Source: Antedon mediterranea (taxonomy: Eukaryota > Animalia > Echinodermata). Taken from it: a DNA stretch of 64,000 nucleotides. Location of the stretch: positions 2,227,812 to 2,291,811 of the forward strand of contig NC_092675.1 of assembly GCF_964355755.1 (NCBI RefSeq), written 5' to 3'. Below the pieces are notes generated by a model, which made no database searches, was not told the DNA's origin, and saw only the letters and a list, made by a program, of their open reading frames with translations. The position numbers and the translations under genes were made by a program. Positions 1 to 12,384 of the stretch are shown piece after piece; within the stretch, counting starts at the first letter, position 1; each line of letters starts with the position of its first letter.

Positions 1-275
1 AAGACAGTGGAACCGTAATTACGTAGCCATAACATCGGCAGGGGTTCGAGGCTCACTCACTCCATGGTTCTGGTGGCACAACGAGTCTTCTCGTATAAGG
101 ACTATAAACCGTAGGTCCAGTGTACACATCTAGCTCGTGTGCACTTTAAGGAACCTAGTACATCTTTTGAGACGAGTAGGGGGTTACCCCGGTGTATTAG
201 TACATCACAGCCCCTGATCACCAACTGGTCCCTCTGAAAGACCAGTCTTTGACTGAAGAGGTTACCCAGTATAAA
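1..275 (+). mobile_element. tRNA-derived SINE with a Deu/Nin-domain-like core (5' end cut by the window edge)
   Basis: B-box-like GGTTCGAG near 44. The core AGGACTATAAACCGTAGGTCC...CACTTTAAGGAACC...GAGTAGGGGGTTACCCCGGTGT resembles the Deu domain of AmnSINE1/SINE3 as remembered. Confidence 0.6.
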
Positions 276-2979
276 TATATATTTCAATCTATTTCAATCA
301 ATTATATTTTTAAACCTGTAAACTAGGCCTTATTGAGAATTGAACTCGGGTAAGACTAGAAGAAGCTAAAGAAAAATTACCACTTGGTAGTTTGTGAGAT
401 TGGTAAATGATAGTCATTTTCTGTAATAGTCTTAAGGTCATCAGTACATCTCCCTGCAGCTATATAATGATTTAAGTTATGCTACATATGTTATAATAAC
501 AACAACATTTCTGGAACATGAACCAATTTTGAAAGTTGTAACAGAAAAGATTATAAATTAAAGTTTGCTTTCGATACATTAATCAAAGTTTTGTTTAAAA
601 AAACTAACAAAAAAACAGCACAGACAAGATATTTAACGATACTTTCTAAAAATATTTCAAAAACAGCAATAAAAATTTGGCATCTTCTGTGAAAATAAAA
701 TCATAGTCGCAAGGTCGTTGACTTGACAGCCAGCGTTACCTTGTATAACAACTGGTAAATTTTGCTCAAATCTAAACTCGTAAAAATGTCTGAACACGAA
801 TTATGTTGCAATGGCGTTATAATTCATGTTCCAGGCGCATTGCAGGATAGCATGCGAATAGATAACAGATTTGTCACCTTTTATGATGGATGTGTTTTTA
901 TGCTTTGTTAATTAACAAATCAAAACTGCTGTAAATATTAAGTGCTGAGGTACAAACAGGTTAAACATGATGATTGGGTTTATTAGTAGTATTATATGAA
1001 TTTAGAAATTATCAAGGGACATCTAGCACATTCCATACACAATACTGTACAACGTAAAAAAAACTCAACATACATCCATAGTAGTAGTAGTAGTAGTATA
1101 GATTAAATACCAGTGTGAACAAAGCTTAAGGTGTTAAAAGAGTAAAGCAATTAGTACATCCACAAATATTTTGACTCTAGCATGAATTTAATTGATTAAA
1201 CGATTTATGAACCATCTTCTTGTCAAATCCATCACCACTAAATTAGATTCCATTATGACCTTCCTAAATACCTACTTCCACACTACAGTACATGCCTACA
1301 GATTAAATACAACATTTAATTTATATAAAAGTATTTGATTTTGAGGTAATTTGTCTTCCTTTACATGGGGTTTTGTCAGAGACACAAAGAAAATAGAGCG
1401 TTTTGCATCATCGATTAGTAAAAGCACATGATTTTGTACTCAAGAATGTTAAAATATGAAAATATTATAACAGATATTACTCCAACGCTATCCCTCACCC
1501 CCAATCCCCATAACCAGGAATGTTACAGTTTGGTATTGTATATAGTGTGGTGCTAGATCATTTAGGTATAGTTAATATAATTATTCAATTACAGTAGTTT
1601 ATTACATTGTAAGCATACACATGTCCTCAAAAACTTGCTCAGATTTTGGGGATATGTTTAACCGATTTCTAACTACAGTCAGGCCTAAAGTCTCATTTGA
1701 AAGTTGATTCATCCATATTGTTTTTCCTAAAACCCCTGTTGAAAGTTAATAAACCATGATTTACAAGAAGATGTGTGAGGTAACCCTCTGTTATACACCA
1801 CCAATGTATCTCCATACTAAATCAGCATTTGTAAAAACAAACTAAGCATCTTTTACTATCTATAAGTGTCTTTAATCAGATGGTATAAATTCCATTGATG
1901 TTGGCAAGCCAACTGGCCTGATTGAATTGTGTTAAGGTCTACCCCCTCTTCACCTTAAATCAGTCAAATGCTGTCTGATGGCAAGATTGATGTAAGATTT
2001 AAGAAAGATTGATTACAACATGCCCTTTGCTTAATAACTACCTTTGTGATTTATACCCCTGTTCACCTATAGGAGAAGACAGACGGCTTTAATTTTCAGC
2101 AGTTTTATGACAAGACTTGAATGTCATAAACTTGAAATTTGTTGTATGGTACACCACAATGTGTAATTATTTTATGTATTTAAAGAGCCCTTCCCCTTTC
2201 TTCAAATATAATGTAAACAAAAGGGGAGCTGGATCCTGAAAGATTTGACTAATATTACTTAGAACAAAGAGCTGTAGATCTGAGATATTTGCTGAGAGAC
2301 ATTGCTCTCACCATCAGATCAAAGCTATGGAGGTAAATGCTGATGTTAATGTTTATCTTATCATGTTATAGGTGAGCCATCTGTCCTAGTACTATACCCT
2401 TTCTGCAGCGTAACTTATACAATCTGCCAGAGAATATCTATATTTGCATGAGGCTTCCTACAGTAATAATGATTTTTCATAGAATGATGTAATTTTAATC
2501 ATGATCTGTCAGTGTCGCAGACAAATAATGATGTGATTTTAATAATTGTTTGATCTCATTGTAGTTTGTATATTGCTTGTTAAATAAGAAATCTGAATCT
2601 TTATTAAATTTGTGTAAGTCATATTTCATCTACAGTAGTACACATGATTTTCTAAAAATTACATTTGAAAACATAATTAGTCTTTCCTTTATGGAGACAT
2701 TGAACCTACATATACACTGTAAATAGCAAGTTCATTCTATTAAGTCATGATTTGCATTCCATTGGCACATTTGTTTAAAATGTCTGGCTACAAGTTTCCC
2801 TTTAGGGAGTCAATCGTCCATGATTTTGTCAACTTCACAACAATTTTCTTTTAACATTTCAACACATACCAATTATAAGGAAACATCTGCAAGTGTAAAT
2901 GGTACTTTCATACATTTTAGCAATGTGCAAAATTAAATGATTATGGATTTCAATAACTAAATAAAAATATAAACAAAGA

Positions 2980-3230
2980 GGCTATAGAGCTATAGAGTAT
3001 GTCCACACTAGGGTACCAATAAGCCCACAGTGGAGTTTAAACCCCACCCTAGAGTATAAGCCCACACTGGAGTAGGCCACCATGAGTATACGTCTATCTT
3101 CTTAGAGTAAGTCCAATTTAGAATATAAGTCCATCATAGAGTAAAGTCCATCATAGAGTATAAGTCCATCCTAAACTTAGTAGGGCATATAACCCCACCC
3201 CAGAGTATTATTAGGCAGTAAGTCCACTAT
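2980..3230. repeat. Degenerate minisatellite, unit about 19 bp (AGAGTATAAGYCCAYCMT)
   Basis: Roughly a dozen diverged units ending about 65 bp from the Wnt exon 3 donor. Confidence 0.7.
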
Positions 3231-3294
3231 AGATTACTAATAACATTATAAGAATAGACAGAAAAGAAGAACAATATTTGAAAAAAATGTTTAC

Positions 3295-3557
3295 CTGTCT
3301 TCCAGCCTCATAATTATGAAGTGTCATCAAACTTGCTGCTGTGTCGCCCTCTTCAGAGGCATCAATGAAATCTTTTGCGAAATATTCGCCATACCTAATA
3401 TTATCGGAGCATCCTCCCCAGGTAAAGTTCTTTTCCCCTTGACGTTTTCTATTATCACAACTGCATTCCATAAGGTTACCGCTACCACATGCCTTTGTGA
3501 TATCATACATTATGCCAGCTGATGTCATCGCTTGTAAATATCCTATCTCCTTGTTTT
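3295..3557 (-). CDS. WntA: Wnt ligand (WntA-like), coding exon 3; later exons lie outside the window
   Basis: Acceptor tttttcttaacag and donor CAG|GTAAAC. Encodes KEIGYLQAMTSAGIMYDITKACGSGNLMECSCD...WGGCSDNIRYGEYFAKDFIDASE...LMTLHNYEAGRQ. The Wnt family is clear; the WntA subfamily call rests on remembered motifs (GxMY..TKAC, YGE.F.KDF.D..E) and is less certain. Confidence 0.9.
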
Positions 3558-5925
3558 CTGTTAAGAAAAATTAATTAATAAATAAGTTTGTATACAAGTT
3601 GAAAAGTTTCTTTTTTCCTTTTAAATTAACAAATTGTTGTATATGTAAATATTTTCTGAAAAGCAGAAAAAAAATACTAGATTTGAACATCACTAGATTA
3701 ATTAGAAATATGAGCACATTTTAAAACCATGATGACATCATCAAAATGGAAGATTATAATGGTAACACTTGTGAAAGAGAACCATGTCATTGAAATTTGG
3801 AAGGAAATTGACCGAGATACACTCTTTTAATGAAAATTAAAAATGCTATAAATTTATTAGCTTAATTATTGATTTTGAAAACATTGTCCTGATAAATATC
3901 AGTTAATGTAGCTAGGCTGTTTATAAAGAATTCTTAAGCAGTCTCACAAAAAAATCAATAGTACATTGTCTGAAAATTGGTTCAAATACTTTCTTGTCCA
4001 ACTAATAGTAATACAGCACTGTATAACTGTATCCTATCATCCAGGGTGACACTAATGTTTAAGGTAGAGAAATTGGAGCTGTCACTTCCAATTCCATACA
4101 AAAATAATTTTATGTGCTTCTGAAACCCATTGGAGAAACCTATAAATTGGAAAGGGAAAAAAGAATCTGGCGTCGCTATCATAATACAATTTTACTACAT
4201 CATATCTACACAGTGTCACCTGTGAATTGCCGAATTCTGCTGCCAAAAATGCTCATAACAATGCCTAATCATATCGAAAAATGCAATTAATTTTTTACGA
4301 ACTAGACACATTGCTATGTGTTAAGCCACATTAAGTAGTTGAAAAACACTCGGCTCAGTTTGTCTCCGATTTCATAGGTCCTTATTGCCTCAATAACTTT
4401 TTAACATTGTTAACTTTAAATTAAAACTATGTTGATACAGCAACACAGAGTTGATTTGACCTTTCAAAAAGTGACCTGAATTTGGACACCTGTACACAGT
4501 ACTGTAGGTACTGCAAGGGTATAGTACTAGTATTAAGTTTCTGTTCAGGTTGGAGTTCATTTCAATTATTAATGCGGTAAAGTTAGTTACTTCTAATACC
4601 GGCATGTGAAAGGGTCTAAATGTCCAAACATCAACTTCTGTTAGACCACCTCTAGACCTCAAACTCAAGCATATACTGTGATCTATATGAAAGAGGTTGA
4701 CTCTAGTCTATGCAGCAAGCATATTAGATTAAGGAGTCACCAGTATAGGTTAATCTCTGCCCCTACCGTGGACAGAAGAGTGCCATTTAGTGACTGCTTA
4801 ATATGAAGTTGATATATAACTTCTAGTCCACTTTGAGATGGTTAATTGTATAAAAGTGCAATATAAACAATTCAGTGCATCATTTGTGACCTCTATTCCG
4901 TAAAGACTCTAATTTTGATTTTTGTTTCCTTTGCTATGACTCCTTTCACACAAATTTGTTATTTCTGTATAAATGAACTAATATTTTCTATCTTTTATAA
5001 GCATGTACAAATGCAAATTCATTAAAAAATATCTTTACCAATTATTCAAGTCTATATAATATAGAGTCTGACAGTTCTGAACCAACCATGAAACTTATAA
5101 CAGGGCAACAAAGGGTCATTCCACTGTTCTTTTTATGATTATTTATGGTAAATACTGATCACCTCATCAGATGAATAGGCCTACTATAAAGGTTTCCTAA
5201 AAGATCCTTGTCAGACTCATGACATTATAAACAAAGTCAAAACAAAATCTTTTACACTATGACAATTGTACAACATTTTTAGCGTAAAAATCAAATTAGA
5301 ATCATCAAGAAAAAAATGATTTTTCTTTGATATTCTGATGTCAGATGTTCACAATATCTACTTCCTTTAAAAGGAAATAAATGTTTGAATAAGGGGCTAT
5401 GAACTTATAGCCAACTTATCACTTTGAAATAAATGATCTGATGAGAACCTTTAACATTTACATCAAAATGTAATGACCTTCTTCTTGTTAATATATCAAA
5501 TGGCAGACAGTTTAGAAAAATATTTATAAATGTGTCCTGCTAGTTACCTGAAACAAAATAATGTGAAAAATGCTCGGAAAAAAAAATTAATGAAAAGAAA
5601 CTCTAAAATACTTCCCACTTCAGTTGAAGTTAGGCCTGTAATCTGGTGGATTTCAGGATTAAAAGCATTTTCAACCGTCTAAGAATATCTGGTAATCCCT
5701 TACCCCTCTCCTAATCCTACAAATTCCTTTGCTAACGGCTTTTTGTTTAAAGTGTAAAAATAGACACACTGGTAGGTACTGCTAAAAAATAAAAATAGAT
5801 GATGACGCTATTTGCTTCCTAACTTGATGCAATTTGTTTCCTTTACATCTACAGATATCTTTTCAGCTAATTTGAAAAAGATGTCCTCAAAAGAAGTGAC
5901 AAGTAGCAACATTATTTCACACTAA

Positions 5926-6057
5926 AGCTCTGTCTACGTTATCAAACTAGTTTGACAAAAAAAAGTGTGATGTGTTCAAATATGGTAGTGATATGCCCAA
6001 ATATGGTCACACCACATTTTTTTTGTCACATAAAGTTTGATATTGTAGACAAGAGAA
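5926..6057. mobile_element. MITE family A copy (degenerate right end)
   Basis: TIR AGCTCTGTCTAC..TATCAAACT / AGTTTGATA.TGTAGACA with internal GATGTGCCCAAATATGGTAGT-type units. Confidence 0.75.
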
Positions 6058-6829
6058 CTAAATGTACCTCCCTCTTACTTTTAAAAGTCTATTATTATGA
6101 CATAACTACACATTTATGGTATATCAATCATTACTAACAAATTATTTGTTGTACTGTATAATATAATAATGTGAATGTCTCCAATTATACTTGTTGCATT
6201 GCGTGCAGCACATTCGTATCACATATCACCCTAATTATTGAATAAGATTTAAAAAATGATTGAGAGTTAGCGGTTATGAATAGTAGGCCTATAGGTTAAT
6301 GTGCACTTTAGGCATTTCCCTGTACACCCTGTCAAAAAACTCATCAACAATAAAGAAACTGATGTTCAAATGTTGTTAAACACACTTTACTTCGAGGCTA
6401 CCTCTAGTACCGAGACCATTTATCACGAGATGAAAAAAACAAAACAGAAAGCTTTATTTTAGAAGTGGTTCTTCTTTAAATAAGATACAATATTTTTTGG
6501 CACAGATGATAAAAAACCATATTCACGAGTAGGATGGTAGGGACAGGCCTGCTTTGGTGTTCTTCATTTTATAAAGCCTCTGTAGGTGTGGACAGAAGAT
6601 TCAACACCAACCAGAGGAGAGTAAAATAGTTATCTACAGTAGGCTCATCCAGTAGTAGGATATGGACAGACGATCACCAACCATCAGGAGAACAATAGAG
6701 GAGAGAAAACGTTTTATCTAGGCTCCCTACTCCAGTAGGATATGAGCCACACAGGTGATTGTCCTACATTTAAAGGGTTTACTTGAGCTTTAGGAGTTCA
6801 TTTTATTAAGCCTCTGCATTATGTGGTAG

Positions 6830-6950
6830 GGTGGCCTGTTCCTTTCCACGCTGCCTTATCCTCCCTAGTATTTTCAACCAGGTACCCATTTACAGCTTTG
6901 TAGACTGGGAGATGTCGGGAATTGAACCAGAGTCTCAACTCCTAAAACTG
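6830..6950 (-). mobile_element. SINE remnant
   Basis: The minus strand has GGTTCAATTCC (B-box) followed by AGCTGTAAATGGGTACCTGG, a common SINE central motif. Confidence 0.5.
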
Positions 6951-7994
6951 CTATATAAAACTACTCAAATTATGCTGATAGAGCTGCAAATGCTGGTCCT
7001 AAGGTTCTCCTGAGACATATTTTTAACATACCAGTACCTTAGAATGTGTTCCCCAAGACACTACATGAATTTTATCATAATCAAAACTGTCATTACTAAA
7101 CATTTCTGATTCTTTATTAAAAGTTCCAGCTGCCAAGTTATATCTGAAACTTATAACTTAATGGGTCATAGGTGATGGTGTGAAAAACTCTCGCATAATT
7201 TGCTAGTAACTGATGTGGAACCAAATAATGCTCTATTATAGAATCCCAGAAGAGTGTATGCAACTCACATGGTTTTCAGTATGTTTCTATAGTTAATTCA
7301 AACAGCAGTAGGCTAAAGAAATAATCACACTTTCCGTGAACGTGAATTCTATAAGTAGTTAAGTAGTTCGTTTCATTGACAATTTCAAACTTTTAAATTT
7401 AAAACCATTATTGTCTCAAATAACAGTTATGTGTACAAATGTACAAATGATTTATAGTATATTTTTATGAATACATATTAAAATGTAGGTTTATCTTAAC
7501 CATAAAAACAAAACTTGGCCACAACAAAAGAAAGTGTTCTCATTTGGTTGGAAGTGTTTAATTGGAAATTGCTATATATTTTCCTCCTAAGTGAAGGGCA
7601 AATAATATCAGTAAGTTATTTATTGGTTGATTTGATGTTCAATGGTAAAAAAGTGCATTTTCCCCACTAAAAAAAAAGCAGTTCAAAAGTATAATATAAC
7701 AAGGTATATATATGTATTGAATTTCATTCTGTGCTTTATGGAAGTGGTTAGCTATTTTATTTCAATCATTATCCTTCTTGAGTGACATTTATGAAAAACA
7801 ATTTGACTTTTATGTTCAAATCCAGAAGGGTACTTACCAACACAGTTAACATGCCCCATTCATAAATACACAGTGGTTTCATTATATGTACTGTACGGCA
7901 CGTACAACAATTGGAACCAACTTCCGATATTGCGCGTGAATCTCCGTCTCTCGTTTTCTTAAAGTCCCGGCTCAAATCTCATCTTTTCTCTTTT

Positions 7995-8305
7995 TATTTC
8001 TCTCATCCTCTTTTGTCAAATCAATGGATTATGTTATTGGCACTACGGAAAATGCAAAACTTTTATACCATTCATAATCTTTAAAATCAAATTTTTTATT
8101 TTTTCTCATCCTCGTTTGTCAAATCAATGGAATATGTAATTGGCACTACGGAAAATGCAAAACTTTTATACCATTCATAATCTTTAAAATCAAATCTTTT
8201 CTTTTTTCTCCTCCCATTTTGTCAAAATCGATAGATTTTAATTGGAACTACAGAAAATGCACCAAAATCATTTTTTCTTTTATAACACAAAAACTTTTAT
8301 ACCAA
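7995..8305. repeat. Tandem repeat, unit about 103 bp, nearly three copies
   Basis: CTCATCCTC..TTGTCAAATCAATGGA...GGCACTACGGAAAATGCAAAAC recurs at about 8002, 8105 and 8208. Confidence 0.85.
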
Positions 8306-11300
8306 GTTCTTATTTTGTAGATGTCTTAAAATGACTAAAAATCTAACCAGTCCTTGACTATTTGGGAGTGTCATAAAATCATAGCAAAACATGTCAAAAT
8401 GAATCACAATCAATATTGGTAAACAATTTTAATTCAAACATTGTAGGTAGTAGTACAGTATGACCATGATACTACACTTTACACTAAGAGATGGAAAAAG
8501 CCTCTCCCTGCTATTTCTTATTAAGTATACACTTTAGTATTATAAAGTATGTAGATATCTGTAGTCAAGTTACCAAACAACAATGTATTTTATTAGGAAA
8601 AGCTAACACACAAAATTTAAAAAACATCCCACCTTCATGTTCCCTATAAAATGTTAATTATTTTTTAAGATTTTTTTTCTTTTCTTTTGAATTCGTGTTT
8701 GTATAATATAAATATAAAATTAGAAAAAAAATAAATAAATAATCATTTACGGTAATGAATGATACAGTTTATTTTAGAAACATTTGCAATAGAAACAATT
8801 ATAGTCAGTATTATTTAATACTTTGACAACAGAACACTATATATTCACCCAACATAAATAGTACTTTAGAAGGCCTGTAGGCCTAACTAGTACCACTTAC
8901 TATTTTAACTACTGTACATGCAGTATTTGCTTTTATAACAGATTTTATTCTGATAAATTAAGAACTGACAAAATTGTATAAAATGACTTATTTCCCAAAT
9001 GAGGAAAGATAAATTGAACGCCTACATTTTAGTCTCTTCTTTGTAATTTTTATTCTCCAAGGCCTTTCTTCTCTGTTAGTTCTAGTGCCAGTTTTCACAA
9101 GTCTTTTATAATTTAATTTTTTTAAACATGCTCTTTAATGCATGAATATAGAAATGAATTTAAAGATATACTGTAAATGGGGTCCATAGTTAATATAATA
9201 ATGTGAAAAAAGTGCTGCAAGCCACCATGATTTAGGCCTACTAGACCTACCCATCTAATAAAAATAAAATCTAGTGATGCACAATGACCATTGTCTTTAA
9301 TTTCCACCAATGAAATCTCTGTGATGTGATTGAGAAAATGGTCAAGAAATTTCGAACAAAGTCATTTTTCCAAGCAATTGCTATTCTAACAAAGCTAAAC
9401 TTAATAGCTAAGAGACATTAAGTTGCTCAAATGCTAATGGCACGAGAATTGATCGGAGAATTGGTCGTGTAGATTCAAAGAATATTAACGGCAAGTTTTG
9501 AGTTATTGCTATTAATACAGATACACAACTTTATTTGAACAAATACAATTTACATGTTTATTTGTTTATACAATTATAAATTTATTCATCATGGGACTGC
9601 TGACTCTTGTAGTTACAGTAATCTTATTGACTGACCAATTCATCATCAATTAAATGAAATAATGAATTACAATGGCTTGGATCTTTCTTTTTTTTTAGTT
9701 TTCAATAGAAATACACAATTTAAACGATTTTAGAAAAGCTAGTTAAAGAATAATTAGATGTTACATTAAAGCCATGTTTTATAAAATTACTATTCATCAT
9801 CTCTAACATGTACCAATGTATTAGCACAAACAAACCAATAAGTATTTCAATGACGTACTTTAAACGGAAGTAGCACGCAAGATTTGATTCAAATATGAAT
9901 TCAGAGAAATAATTGGCTCAACCTTTACCAGTACTTCTCTTATATTTCATTCGACCTATAATTGGCACGTCTACAAATGTAGAAACAGCGTTGCTAAAGC
10001 GAGTTTATGAAAACCGTGCTGAACTAGTACTTATAAGTTCCATTGTTTACTCATCACCGATTATAAAAAAGTAGAAATTATGATCCCTCAAAATATTACA
10101 ACACATTTTTTAAACTGAGATGTATTATACTCATAATATATTATTACAGTAATGTTTTTGCCATTATTTATGTAATTTATTGTTTTCATGTTATCTGTTC
10201 AGCTGTCATATAGATTAGATGATGAATGATGTGTCATATTTACTGTCACGGCATCAGTTTTAGTTTAAATAAAAATCAACCTTCACAATCACTAGCAATC
10301 ACAATTCAACACCTATTTTGTGCTGTTTTCTGGGTACCTACAATAGGTATAGTATTCAATTCAAATCTTACCTTAGGAATACAGTAGGGTGAAGTAGTGT
10401 ATGATGCGAGTAAAAAAAATAGAAACATGATTTTCAAGACATATGCTGATTGTATATATTTCCACAATTTATAGATTTGTATAATCACTAATAGTACTTA
10501 GATGTTTGAATAGTCTGTTTATGTAATACCGTAATTTAAATCCATAACTTAATCTTTTGTTTAACCGATTCTTACTTTGGAAAAAGTTTTGTTGGCAACT
10601 ACTGTAGTGTTAACTTTCATCAAAGCCAAAACTAATGTCACACAAGTACATTTGAGTTCACCAGGCTTATGATTCATGCATAATTTTTTGATCAAAATGT
10701 ACTTATTTAAAAAGTCTTTAGTATGGTTTAAAGATTTAATGTATTGTTTTTTAAGAAGTAAGTGACAGTCGATTTGGGTTCTTTGCATGTTAAAACAGCG
10801 TCAATAGTCTTTTGTATGATAATTAATTCAACAAGTGAGGTATTGAATTCTGAAACAAAATCTCACAGAAGTTAAGAAGGTTGTTTTCTCTGCCATTTCT
10901 AAGGGATACGTACCATGTGGGGCATAGAGGAAGATGGGAAACTTTTTACAATTGATTGCCATACCTCGGATTACAGATTCTACCAGAAGTAACTACCTCT
11001 TTTGCGCATCACTGTCAATATTTCTTCTGATTATGTATTTTAGTCCTTGAAACAAGGTGTATCTATTACCCTTATCACTGGTATAATTAGACAAGGAATA
11101 TCTATTACCATTTTGTTTGTAATTTGCCTGGATTAGTCATTGCCTACATTGTTCATTAATTAACTTATTGTAAAGTGACCCACTGTTTCACCATGAAAGT
11201 AGTGTACATAAATCTACTTGTTGAGTAACAACATGGTCTTGAAATAGACGAAGCGTCAACTAGGCACCAAGAAAGAAAATTATTGGCCTGCTATTTATAC

Positions 11301-11397
11301 ATTGTCTTTCGCCTACTGTATCTCAAAAACCTAGATTATGTACAGAGTTTAGTCGGCGGAAGTAAGACTCAAAGACTATTGTTACTGTTGACTCTTA

Positions 11398-12384
11398 GGG
11401 TATGTTCAGACCTACCGAGTTATGCTTTCGTATCACAGCCAAGGTCATATTTTAATGAGCGTCGTAAGAGCAAAGTGTTCAGATTCATTGCAACGAAGTT
11501 GCGTTACAAACGGATATGATGTCACTCGCTGGCGATTAACCAAACTCTAACGCACGCATAGACCTACCTTCGTTGTTATTAAAAGTAGTAGTGGTTGGTT
11601 TAGGAGTTACAGGCCTAGACCGAACACTTGGGCTCGGCATTATCGATTGGTTGTCAGCCATACCAACCAGCCGATCGTTTTGGGGTTTGGGTTTATATTT
11701 GGTCTATGACCTAAAATATCATTTATGGCAGAACAATTTTCAAATCCCGTACTTGCACCGGCTCCAGATTTATTTACTCGGTCTTTCGCCGCTTTATACG
11801 ACGACCCCTTCAATTTCGTTTGGATATTAATAATCCTTCTTTATGAGGATGGCCCATTCTGCTAACGTGTCCGCCATGTCGTTGAACACAGACATCTTGT
11901 TGCCGGTGCTTTTACGCCAGTTTTTCACTTCCAACCGATCTCTGAACTCAGGGCTTCCCCACAATGAAATAAGGTATTTTACTTCGGTTTCTCGCCAATA
12001 CGCACGCTTCGATGACATTTTAAATTAATTAATATAATATTAATAATACTGTATAGTGTAACAACAAAAGGTATGATTTTTTCGCACGTTCACTGATCAC
12101 AACAAATGGATCAGCTTGGCTATACGATGAGGAGCACATGTCACGATGTGATGTGGCGAATATTGTAATTTGATTGGCTAGATATCTAACCTAGGTCATA
12201 TTCATCGATGCGTGACTTTCGTATTGTAAGCGACGTCCACTAAACTCGTACCTTGAGCTTTCGTAGCATACGAAATATCAGTGTCGTACGAGGTGGCTTC
12301 CACTAATCTTTTCCTGGTTCAGACCTATGGACTTGTACGCCGCATACAATACGAAAGCATAACTCCGTAGGTCTGAACAGGCCC
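11398..12384 (-). mobile_element. Non-autonomous PIF/Harbinger element with a frameshifted Myb/SANT-like (MSANTD-type) ORF
   Basis: About 36-bp TIRs GGG(T/C)(A/C)TGTTCAGACCTAC(C/G)GAGTTATGCTTTCGTAT with TTA on both flanks. Internal minus ORF MSSKRAYWRETEVKYLISLWG... continues after frameshifts as KLKGSSYKAAKDRVNKSG...INDILGHRP. Confidence 0.85.

Noticed and set aside
280-3290. Wnt exon 4 (CKCHG motif with the palmitoleoylated serine)
   Set aside because: No such coding sequence was found here; it presumably lies left of the window.
10500-11280. Possible decayed transposase fragment on the minus strand
   Set aside because: Only faint peptide resemblance with many stops; no family or boundary can be supported.
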